Source of the DNA: an uncultured Phycisphaeraceae bacterium | GTDB lineage: Bacteria > Planctomycetota > Phycisphaerae > Phycisphaerales > Phycisphaeraceae | NCBI GenBank assembly: GCA_964502445.1 | Contig: CAZCWM010000004.1 | Span: 127,977-191,976, forward strand | Direction: 5' to 3' | Length of the DNA: 64,000 nt | Position numbers and translations under genes: made by a program | Part shown: positions 18,636 to 26,749 of the stretch, piece by piece | Layout: the number at the start of each line of letters is the position of its first letter | Numbering within the stretch: the stretch's first letter is position 1 | Notes under the pieces: generated by a model | Database searches by the model: none | The model's input: the letters and a program-made list of their open reading frames with translations, nothing else | What the model was told of the DNA's origin: nothing

Positions 18636-19270
18636 GCAGCCTCCGCGTTGGCGTCGGTACTGGTCTCGGCGAGCTTGAGGGTCGTGGACGGGACGTCGAC
18701 GATGGCTCGGGCGGGCACGCCAGCCACGCGCTGGCGATCGGCGACCGGTTTGACGACCACGGCCCCGGCGGCGACGAGGGCGTCGGCGCCGACATCAGCC
18801 ATCACGACGCTCGCGGCTCCCAGCCAGGCGCCGTGGCCGATGATGACGCGCTGGCACCGCTGGGGATTGTCGCGCATGGGCCTGCCGTCGACCGGTTGCG
18901 ATCCGTGCGTATGTCGGCCGCTGAGCACCTGCACGCCGTCGGCCAGCATCACACCATCGCCAAGGTCCGCCAGGCCGACGGTGCAGAAGCGACCGATGTA
19001 GACGCCGTCGCCGATGCGTGTCTCGGGCTTGCTCAGTACGCTCATGAATCCGAAATGCACATCGCGGCCGACATGGGCCAGCGTGCGGCGGTAGAAGGCG
19101 GCCCGCACGTGCAGTCCCCACAGTCCGGGCAGGCGTGACAGGCGCTCGCTGGCGGCGCTGAAGGCCCGGCGGCGGCCGAGCGGGACTGCGCTCAGGTGAT
19201 AGCCCAGCAGGCAGGGGCAGGCTCCGGCGAGGGCGGCGGTACGAAGCAGGGCTCGGGCGAGTTGGCGCAT
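18632..19270 (-). CDS. Left-handed beta-helix (hexapeptide-repeat) acyl/acetyltransferase
   Basis: Hexapeptide repeats ([33 protein letters not shown]...[31 protein letters not shown]). ATG 19270 has a GGAG RBS. This is the first gene of the three-gene exosortase operon. Confidence 0.75.
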   Translation of the reverse strand: MRQLARALLRTAALAGACPCLLGYHLSAVPLGRRRAFSAASERLSRLPGLWGLHVRAAFYRRTLAHVGRDVHFGFMSVLSKPETRIGDGVYIGRFCTVGLADLGDGVMLADGVQVLSGRHTHGSQPVDGRPMRDNPQRCQRVIIGHGAWLGAASVVMADVGADALVAAGAVVVKPVADRQRVAGVPARAIVDVPSTTLKLAETSTDANAEAA

Positions 19271-19503
19271 GGACAGTCTCCAGCCGCTACGAGGTCTGGC
19301 GTGGTGCGGATGCGACAGGAGATCGGCGAGCCACCGCCCGCGAGGCCAGCGGATGCGCCCCTGACGCGCCAACGCCCGATAAAAGGCCGCCGCGACCGAC
19401 TGGTTGCCAGCCGGCCCATGGACCCTATGATTTGCGCGTGCAAGCCTCGGCCGCGGGCGGTGAATACGCGGCAGGTCGGCCTGAGAACCCCCCGGAAACC
19501 GTC

Positions 19504-20079
19504 ATGGGCATTGAAGCCGTTCTCCGACAGGAAGGTTACCTGACCACGACCTTGCAGAAGGCGGTCAACTGGTCGCGGCGCAGCTCGCTGTGGCCGATGC
19601 CCTTCGCGACAGCATGCTGCGGCATCGAGTTGATGGCCACGGCCTCCAGCCGCTATGACCTGGCCCGTTTCGGCGCGGAAGTGATGCGGTTCAGCCCGCG
19701 ACAGAGTGACCTGCTGATCGTCGCCGGCCGCGTGGCGGTCAAGATGCTGCCGGTGCTGCAGCGCATCTACGAGCAGATGACCGAGCCGAAGTGGGTGATC
19801 TCAATGGGCGCCTGCGCCTCCACCGGCGGGGTGTTCGACACCTATGCCGTGGTCCAGGGTATCGACCAGTTCATTCCGGTGGATGTATATGTGCCCGGCT
19901 GCCCGCCGCGGCCGGAAATGCTGATGGAAGGCATCTTCGCCATCCAGCGCATCGTGGACGAAGACGGCATCCCGCCGGCCGGTCCGGGGGGCAAGCGTCA
20001 GCCGCTGCAGGTCACCCTGGAGCCGAACTACGAGCTCAAGCCCCAGCCCGTGCCGCTGACGGTGGGCGGGAAGAACTGA
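19504..20079 (+). CDS. nuoB: NADH-quinone oxidoreductase subunit B (NuoB/PSST-like)
   Basis: [18 protein letters not shown]...[17 protein letters not shown]...[13 protein letters not shown]...[13 protein letters not shown] carries the four Cys ligands of cluster N2. No other nuo genes are adjacent. Confidence 0.9.
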   Translation: MGIEAVLRQEGYLTTTLQKAVNWSRRSSLWPMPFATACCGIELMATASSRYDLARFGAEVMRFSPRQSDLLIVAGRVAVKMLPVLQRIYEQMTEPKWVISMGACASTGGVFDTYAVVQGIDQFIPVDVYVPGCPPRPEMLMEGIFAIQRIVDEDGIPPAGPGGKRQPLQVTLEPNYELKPQPVPLTVGGKN

Positions 20080-20119
20080 GGCCGACGTTCCCGCCTTCGC
20101 GCGCCACGCGGCGGCTGGC

Positions 20120-22303
20120 CTACCCCACATCCACGAGGCCGAGTGTTTGGCCGTACTGTTTCAGAAGCGGCCCGCGCAGTTTCGCCCATGGGCTTTCGCG
20201 CAGGGTCGGGTCGGCGTCGATAATCGACTCGGCTTCACGTCGGGCCAGCTTCAGCAGGTCCATGTCGCGCGGGATCTGGGCCACGCGCAGCGGGGGCGCG
20301 CCGTGCTGGCGTGTGCCGAAGAACTCGCCAATGCCTCGGATCGCCAGGTCCGCCTCTGCGATTTTGAAGCCGTCGGTCGTGCCTGCGATCGCTTCGAGGC
20401 GCTGGCGGGCGTCGTCCGTGGCGGCGTCGGCGATGAGCAGGCAGACATTCTCGCGGCCGTGCGCGCCGCGGCCGATGCGGCCACGCAGTTGATGCAGTTG
20501 CGCCAGGCCGAAGCGCTCGGCATGTTCGACGATCATGATCGACGCGTTGGGCACGTCGACGCCGACCTCGATGACGGTGGTCGCCACGAGCACATGAATC
20601 TCGCCGCGGCGGAAACGGTCCATGATGACTTCGCGGGTGCGCCGCTTGAGCCTGCCATGCACCGCCGCCACGCGGAAGCCGGCACAATAGTGTTCCTGAA
20701 GCAGCCGGGCGTGGCCGCGCACGCTCTTGAGCTGGTCGGCCGTCTCGTGGCCGGCCGCGTCGATGGTGGGCACGACGACATAAGCCTGATCGCCCGCCGC
20801 CAGACGCTGGGCCATGCGGCGGTAGACCGCATCGGCCTTGTCGGGCGGCAGCACGTGCGTGGCGATAGGCGTGCGTCCGGGCGGAAGCTGGTCGATGGTC
20901 GAGACATCGAGATCGCCGAACACCGTGAGGCTGAGCGTGCGTGGGATGGGTGTGGCGGTCATGACCAGCGAGTGCGGCACGCGCGGCTTGCGCAGGGCGA
21001 CGGCGTCGGCGGTCATATCGCCCCGCTGCTTGAGCGCGGCCCGCTGAAGCACGCCGAAGCGGTGCTGCTCGTCGACGACGACGACAGCCAGATCCTTGAA
21101 TTTCGCTTTGTCGGTCAGCAGCGCCTGGGTGCCGACGACCAGGTCAATCTCACCGCGTTTGATGCGGCCAAGTTGCAGGCGGCGATCTTCCGACCCGGAG
21201 GCCGCCCGACCGGCGGTGAGCAGTTCCATGCGGACACTGGAACCGGCGAGGATGGCCGCGATGGATGCGAAATGCTGCTCAGCCAGTAGCTGTGTCGGGG
21301 CCATCAGCGCGCCCTGGCAGCGGTTGGCGACGGCCAGCAGCAGGGCGTAGAGGGCGACGACCGTCTTGCCGCTGCCGACATCACCCTGAAGCATGCGGTT
21401 CATCGGGCGGTCGCGCCGCAGGTCGGCGGTGATCTGGGCGATCACCTTCTCCTGGGCGGCTGTAAGCGGGAAGGGAAAGCGGGCGCGGATGTGCCGGTCG
21501 ATGGCGTCCGAGAAGCGCAGCGGCGGCGCGGCAAGCTGCGTCTGGGTGAAGCGGCGTTTCATGACGATGCCCAGTTGCAGGAGCAGTAACTCGTTGAATG
21601 CCAGCCGTCGTCGGCCGGCGGCGGGCTCGTCTTCGTCGGCGGGCCGATGCAGCATGCGGTAGGCTTCGGCCAGAGAAGGCATCGCCAGGCGCCGGCGCAT
21701 GTCGTCGGGCAGCGGGTCGGCCACCAGCTTGAGGGCGTCGTCAAGCACGGCGCCGATCTGCCGTTCGACCATGAGCGTCGACAAGTCGTCCGTGGCCGGG
21801 TAGATCGGGCACAGGCGCTGGTCTTTGAGCGGGGCCGCGCCTTCCGCGTCCAGCCGCTCCCAGCGTGGGTTGACCATCTGGGGCTGGCCGCGATATCGGC
21901 CGATTCTGCCCTGCACGCGCAGCGTCATGCCGGGGTGCAGCTGGTCGCGCAGATACGACGCATTGAACCAGACCAGATGCATCTGGCCCTGGCCATCATC
22001 GAGCACGCCTTCAAAGCGTGCCTTGGCGCGGCCGTGGCCCGGAACCCAGCGGGCTGAGGTCAGAGTTCCGCGCGTGGAGCCCAGGACGTTGGCCGTCAGG
22101 TCGGCGACGCCGCTCTCGGCCGCCTCCCATTCGTAGCGGTGCGGCAGATGGCGCAGCAAGTCGAAGAGCGTGTTCACGCCTAGGCGCCGCCACGCGGCGG
22201 CGCGGTGTTTGCCGGCGCCGGGCAGATCGGCAATGGACGTGTTCAAACGCACGGCCGCGGGGCCTTCGGGGGCGGCGGCACGTGGACCATGCGATGGAGG
22301 CAT
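20120..22303 (-). CDS. recG: ATP-dependent DNA helicase RecG
   Basis: A wedge-domain region, then helicase motifs (MNRMLQGDVGSGKTVVA; VVVDEQHRFGV; MTATPIPRTL; and VEVGVDVPNASIMIVEHAERFGLAQLHQLRGRIGRG). The start is ATG 22303. Confidence 0.9.
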   Translation of the reverse strand: MPPSHGPRAAAPEGPAAVRLNTSIADLPGAGKHRAAAWRRLGVNTLFDLLRHLPHRYEWEAAESGVADLTANVLGSTRGTLTSARWVPGHGRAKARFEGVLDDGQGQMHLVWFNASYLRDQLHPGMTLRVQGRIGRYRGQPQMVNPRWERLDAEGAAPLKDQRLCPIYPATDDLSTLMVERQIGAVLDDALKLVADPLPDDMRRRLAMPSLAEAYRMLHRPADEDEPAAGRRRLAFNELLLLQLGIVMKRRFTQTQLAAPPLRFSDAIDRHIRARFPFPLTAAQEKVIAQITADLRRDRPMNRMLQGDVGSGKTVVALYALLLAVANRCQGALMAPTQLLAEQHFASIAAILAGSSVRMELLTAGRAASGSEDRRLQLGRIKRGEIDLVVGTQALLTDKAKFKDLAVVVVDEQHRFGVLQRAALKQRGDMTADAVALRKPRVPHSLVMTATPIPRTLSLTVFGDLDVSTIDQLPPGRTPIATHVLPPDKADAVYRRMAQRLAAGDQAYVVVPTIDAAGHETADQLKSVRGHARLLQEHYCAGFRVAAVHGRLKRRTREVIMDRFRRGEIHVLVATTVIEVGVDVPNASIMIVEHAERFGLAQLHQLRGRIGRGAHGRENVCLLIADAATDDARQRLEAIAGTTDGFKIAEADLAIRGIGEFFGTRQHGAPPLRVAQIPRDMDLLKLARREAESIIDADPTLRESPWAKLRGPLLKQYGQTLGLVDVG

Positions 22304-22412
22304 GGCTTCATGGTAACGAGTACGCTGCGGCCGTCGCGAAGACTTGCATTCGCCGGGCCGTTGGGCATCATCACAAGCTCCGCCCGTACAAACCACCGCC
22401 GAGGAGCCCGCC

Positions 22413-24356
22413 ATGAGCCGTCGGGACATTGCCGCTTCGTTCGCCGAGCGCGAGCGCATTCCCACCCGTGTGTTTCCCCACGCCCGCGAGGCCTCGAAAG
22501 CCGTCGCCCATGAAATCGCCTCGTTGATCCGCGAGCGTCAGGCCGCGGGCAAGCACTGCGTCCTGGGGCTGGCCACCGGGTCGACGCCCACCGGCGTGTA
22601 CGACGAACTGGTACGCCTGCATCGCGAGGAAAAGCTGTCGTTCAGGAACGTCGTCACGTTCAACCTGGACGAATACTTCCCGATGCCCAAGGACAACCTG
22701 CAGAGCTACCACCGCTTCATGCACGAGTACCTGTTCGACCTGATCGACATCGAGCCGGCCAACGTGCATATTCCCGACGGCACGTACGAGCTGGACCAGG
22801 TGGGCGAGCAGTGCGCCGCCTATGAGCGGGCGATCGTCGAGGCTGGCGGCATCGACCTGCAGATTCTGGGCATCGGCCGCACGGGCCACATCGGCTTCAA
22901 CGAGCCGGGCTCGTCGCGCACCAGCCGCACGCGCCTGATCACGCTGGACAAGGTGACGCGCATCGACGCGGCCAGTGATTTTTTCGGTCAGGAGAATGTG
23001 CCGCGGCGGGCCATCACCATGGGCGTGGGCACGATTCTGTCGGCCCGGCGGGTGATCATCATGGGTTTCGGCGAGCACAAGGCGCCGACCATCGCCCGAG
23101 CGATCGAAGGCGAGATCACGCCGACCGTCGCCGCCAGCTTCCTGCAGGAGCACCCCAACGCGCAGTTCATCGTGGACAGCGCCGCGGCGTCATCGCTGAC
23201 GCGGGTCAAGTGTCCCTGGCTGCTGGGGCCCGTGGATTGGGACGAGAAATTGATTCGCCAGGCGGTGATCTGGCTGGCCGGCAGGCTGAGCAAGCCGATC
23301 CTCAAGCTCACCGACGAGGACTACAACGAATGGGGCCTGCAGGATCTGCTGGCTGAGCGCGGGCCGGCGTACGACATCAACATCGCGGTGTTTCGCGGCC
23401 TGCAGCAGACGATCACCGGCTGGCCGGGCGGCAAGCCGGCGTCGGCGCGGCGGCCGATGGATCGAGCGGTCCCCGGTGATGAAATCTTTCCCAAGCGGGT
23501 GCTGGTCTTTTCGCCGCACCCGGACGACGACGTGATCTCCATGGGCGGTACGCTCATTCGGCTCGCGGACCACGGCCATGAGGTGCATGTGGCCTACCAG
23601 ACGTCGGGCAACATCGCCGTATTCGACGAGGACGCGATCCGCTTCGCCGACTTCGCGACGGAGTTCAGTCGGCTGTTCCATCTCGACGCTCCGCGCGTGG
23701 TGGAGATTGAAGAGCACATCGAGCAGTTCCTGAAGAACAAGCAGCCCGGCCAGGTCGACAGCGATGAAGTGCAGGCGATCAAGGGCCTGGTTCGCCGCGG
23801 CGAGGCGAGGGCGGCGGGGCGGTACTGTGGTGTGCCGATCGACAACCTGCATTTTCTTGACATGCCGTTCTACGAGACCGGCCGGGTGCGCAAGAAGCCG
23901 CTGTCGGACGCGGACGTGAAGATCATCGTGGACCTCCTGCGCGAGGTTAAGCCGCACCAGGTTTACGCGGCCGGCGATCTGTCCGACCCGCACGGCACGC
24001 ATCGCACGTGTCTGGCGGCGATCTTCCGCGCCTTCGAGGAGGTGGCCAACGACGCATGGCTGAAGCAGTGCGTGGTCTGGCTCTATCGCGGGGCGTGGCA
24101 GGAATGGGAGCCGCAGTCCATCGAGATGGCTGTGCCCCTGTCGCCCGAAGAACTGCTGCGCAAGCGCACCGCCATCTTCAAGCACGAGTCGCAAAAGGAC
24201 AAGGCGCTGTTTCCCGGCATTGACGAGCGCGAGTTCTGGCAACGGGCCGAGGACCGCAACCGCCAGACGGCGGTGCTTTACGACAAGCTCGGCCTGGCCG
24301 AATATGAGGCGATCGAGGGCTTCGTCCGCTGGAACTTCGATCCCAACTGGGCGTAA
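22413..24356 (+). CDS. nagB: Long-form glucosamine-6-phosphate deaminase (NagB domain fused to a LmbE/PIG-L deacetylase-like domain)
   Basis: GAGGAG RBS. The NagB motifs are LGLATGSTPTGVY, FNLDEY and GIGRTGHIGFNEPGS. The C-terminal half carries VLVFSPHPDDDVISMGGT, typical of the LmbE/PIG-L family. Confidence 0.85.
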   Translation: MSRRDIAASFAERERIPTRVFPHAREASKAVAHEIASLIRERQAAGKHCVLGLATGSTPTGVYDELVRLHREEKLSFRNVVTFNLDEYFPMPKDNLQSYHRFMHEYLFDLIDIEPANVHIPDGTYELDQVGEQCAAYERAIVEAGGIDLQILGIGRTGHIGFNEPGSSRTSRTRLITLDKVTRIDAASDFFGQENVPRRAITMGVGTILSARRVIIMGFGEHKAPTIARAIEGEITPTVAASFLQEHPNAQFIVDSAAASSLTRVKCPWLLGPVDWDEKLIRQAVIWLAGRLSKPILKLTDEDYNEWGLQDLLAERGPAYDINIAVFRGLQQTITGWPGGKPASARRPMDRAVPGDEIFPKRVLVFSPHPDDDVISMGGTLIRLADHGHEVHVAYQTSGNIAVFDEDAIRFADFATEFSRLFHLDAPRVVEIEEHIEQFLKNKQPGQVDSDEVQAIKGLVRRGEARAAGRYCGVPIDNLHFLDMPFYETGRVRKKPLSDADVKIIVDLLREVKPHQVYAAGDLSDPHGTHRTCLAAIFRAFEEVANDAWLKQCVVWLYRGAWQEWEPQSIEMAVPLSPEELLRKRTAIFKHESQKDKALFPGIDEREFWQRAEDRNRQTAVLYDKLGLAEYEAIEGFVRWNFDPNWA

Positions 24357-24403
24357 CGCGCCGCGGCGGCAGGACGAACACACGAACCGACGGAGACGCG
24401 ACG

Positions 24404-25246
24404 ATGCGAAAACAGACTCCCGCGCAACTGGGCGTGTGCAGTTGGTCGCTGCACCCCAGGAACCCCGCCGACCTCGTCGAGCAGGTGAAACAGCTTGGGC
24501 TCAGGCAGGTGCAGCTTGTGCTCAACCCCGTCAGCGATCAGCCGGACGTCTGGGGCGGCGTTGCGCAGGTGCTCGCCGAGGGCGGCATCGCGGTGCGGTC
24601 GGGCATGTTCCACTGCGTGGGTGAGGACTACTCGACGCTGGAGACGATCCGCAAGACCGGCGGGGTGATCCGTGACCAGACGTGGCCGGACAACGAGCGC
24701 ATCGCCCAGAGGGCGGCCGCGACGGCGCGGGCGCTGGGTCTGAGCGTGGTGTCGACGCACGCGGGCTTTCTGCCCGAGGATTCCGCGGATCCGCGTTTCG
24801 AAAAGCTGGTGGGCCGGATCGCGCGGCTGGCGGAGATTCTCAGCGACCATGGTCAGACGCTGCTGTTCGAGACCGGCCAGGAAGACGCCGACACGCTGCT
24901 GCGTTTTCTGGAAGCTCTGGACGGGGCGGGGGCGGACAACGTGGGCGTCAATTTTGACCCGGCCAATATGATCCTTTATGCCAAGGGCGAGCCCGTGTCG
25001 TCGCTGAGGCGCCTCATGCCGCGTGTACGGCAGGTCCATGCCAAGGACGCCACGAAGACCCGAACGCCCGGCACCTGGGGCACGGAGGTGGCGGTGGGCA
25101 AGGGCGAGGTGGACTGGCCGGCGTTCATGCAGGTTCTTGCCAAAGCGGACTTTGAAGGTCCGATCATGATCGAGCGCGAGGCGGGTGACCAGCGCATCGC
25201 CGACATCCGCTCGGCCGTCGCGGTGCTGACCCGGGCCATGGCCTGA
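24404..25246 (+). CDS. Sugar phosphate isomerase/epimerase (xylose isomerase-like TIM barrel)
   Basis: GVCSWSL...LGLRQVQL..., STHAGF, LLFETGQE, NFDPANMILY and IMIEREAG follow the AP endonuclease 2/TIM-barrel family pattern. Confidence 0.7.
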   Translation: MRKQTPAQLGVCSWSLHPRNPADLVEQVKQLGLRQVQLVLNPVSDQPDVWGGVAQVLAEGGIAVRSGMFHCVGEDYSTLETIRKTGGVIRDQTWPDNERIAQRAAATARALGLSVVSTHAGFLPEDSADPRFEKLVGRIARLAEILSDHGQTLLFETGQEDADTLLRFLEALDGAGADNVGVNFDPANMILYAKGEPVSSLRRLMPRVRQVHAKDATKTRTPGTWGTEVAVGKGEVDWPAFMQVLAKADFEGPIMIEREAGDQRIADIRSAVAVLTRAMA

Positions 25247-25371
25247 AAAGAGCCGTGGGGTCATATCGGCGTCGGGTTCACTAAGAGCGGCGCCTGTCCA
25301 CAGCGCCGGGGGCCGCGACCCCCATCGGCCTTGTGGCGGGGGTATAATGCCTTGCGGCAGGGGAACGCTGA

Positions 25372-25616
25372 CAAGTGAAGATCGCCTTCGGCCGCGGGGG
25401 CTAGCAAAAGCCGAGCGCATTTTGCTCGAACCTATGAGAACCCCAAGGGAGCTGGAAATCGGGCACAATGGTCAAGCCGTCCACGAGCGGAAGGCCGGGC
25501 TGCCCCGACGACGCGCCCACCTGCAATTGGGGTTCGAGCAAAATCTCGGTTAGCCCCGGCGGACCCAAGGCGATCCACACACATCGCGGCCCGTCTCATG
25601 GCGGGCCGCGTTTTTT
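25372..25616 (+). ncRNA. Structured ncRNA candidate, 6S RNA-like rod, ending in an intrinsic terminator
   Basis: A TATAAT box lies at 25343-25348. Long interrupted helix pairs are 25380-25388 GATCGCCTT with 25567-25575 AAGGCGATC, 25397-25403 GGGGCTA with 25551-25557 TAGCCCC, and 25419-25432 ATTTTGCTCGAACC with 25531-25544 GGTTCGAGCAAAAT (14/14 bp). These enclose a roughly 98-nt apical region. A terminator at 25585-25616 has a 9-bp GC stem (CGCGGCCCG/CGGGCCGCG) plus TTTTTT. The segments CGACGAC..CACCU..GGGUUCGAG..AUCUCGG resemble E. coli 6S RNA as I recall it. Confidence 0.5.
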
Positions 25617-25702
25617 CTGGCCGCCGAACGTCGCGGGACGGCATCGGCGGGGACACGTCGGAGGCCGGGGCTTCTATAATCGTGTCGCCTTACGCGGCGG
25701 TG

Positions 25703-26722
25703 ATGTCCATTGAAGGCCGGCCCATGCCTCCACACTTCGACGACGAACAGCGACTGGAAACCCTGGCCGACCGCCTGGTCGACAGCTACTACGCCGACCC
25801 GCGCACCCAGCATCTGGACTCGACCTTCCTTCCCAACCGCCAGAAGGCCATCGAAGCGGTCGATCTGCTGCGGATGCTGCTGTTCCCCGGCTTCTTCGAG
25901 CAGGAGCGGCTCACCTCGGCGAACATCGGGCCTCTGACCCGCAACCGGGTGCGGCAGATTCGCGATCTGCTCTACGACCAGGCGCGCCAGTCGCTGCGCC
26001 ACGCCGCCAACTGCGACGTGCGCGGCGTCAGCGGCGACCAGACCCAGCGCGAGGCCTGCGAGCGCTGCGACGAGCAGGCGGCCCATATCGTGGATGCTTT
26101 CCTCGAACGGCTGCCGGAGACTCGCCGACTGCTGGCGTTGGACGTGCAGGCTGCCTTCGAGGGCGATCCCGCGGCCGTGCATACCGATGAGGTGATCTTC
26201 TGCTACCCGGGTCTGACGGCCGTGTTCGTCTATCGCATCGCCCACGAGTTTTACCGCATGGGTGTGCCGCTGCTGGCGCGCCTTATGTCGGAATACGCGC
26301 ACTCGACGACCGGCATCGAGATTCACCCCGGCGCGAAGATCGGCGAGTCGTTCTTCATCGACCACGGCGCGGGCGTGGTGATCGGCGAGACCACGGTCAT
26401 CGGCAACCGCGTGAAGATCTACCAGGGTGTGACGCTTGGCGCTTTGTCGACCAAGGGCGGCCAGGCGTGGCGCGGCCGCAAACGCCACCCGACGATCGAA
26501 GACGATGTGACGATTTATGGCGGCGCGATCATACTTGGTGGTGACACGATCATCGGGCGCGGCTCGACGATCGGGGGGTCGGTGTTCCTCACCAGCTCTG
26601 TGCCGCCGCATCACACGGTGGGCATGAAGCCGCCGGAACTGCGTCTGCAGGCCCGGCCGCAGAAGGCCGTGGAACGCGACGAGGCGCTTCGCCGTCAGAG
26701 TCCCGCGGGAGCCGCCGAGTAG
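25703..26722 (+). CDS. cysE: Serine O-acetyltransferase (long N-terminal form)
   Basis: [30 protein letters not shown]...[44 protein letters not shown] is canonical CysE (SATase N-terminal domain plus hexapeptide repeats). Confidence 0.85.
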   Translation: MSIEGRPMPPHFDDEQRLETLADRLVDSYYADPRTQHLDSTFLPNRQKAIEAVDLLRMLLFPGFFEQERLTSANIGPLTRNRVRQIRDLLYDQARQSLRHAANCDVRGVSGDQTQREACERCDEQAAHIVDAFLERLPETRRLLALDVQAAFEGDPAAVHTDEVIFCYPGLTAVFVYRIAHEFYRMGVPLLARLMSEYAHSTTGIEIHPGAKIGESFFIDHGAGVVIGETTVIGNRVKIYQGVTLGALSTKGGQAWRGRKRHPTIEDDVTIYGGAIILGGDTIIGRGSTIGGSVFLTSSVPPHHTVGMKPPELRLQARPQKAVERDEALRRQSPAGAAE

Positions 26723-26749
26723 GTTCTTTTCCCGATCACATCAGGCCCC

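Noticed and set aside
17514-19001. 495-aa ORF on the plus strand
   Set aside because: It is antisense to the FemAB-like and hexapeptide acyltransferase genes. It spans their ATGA junction, which makes sense only on the minus strand.
25347-25553. 68-aa ORF inside the 6S-like RNA candidate
   Set aside because: Its ATG lies within the TATAAT box and has no RBS. The ORF coincides with the two arms of a long RNA helix and has no protein-like features.
25372-25616. Alternative identities for the structured RNA: SRP RNA, tmRNA, or a SAM/SAH or T-box leader for cysE
   Set aside because: It has no SRP domain IV motif (GGAAGCAGC after a GNRA loop), no tRNA-like ends or tag reading frame, and no T-box or S-box consensus blocks. 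The very stable 45-bp rod argues against a switching leader, although cis-regulation is not fully excluded.
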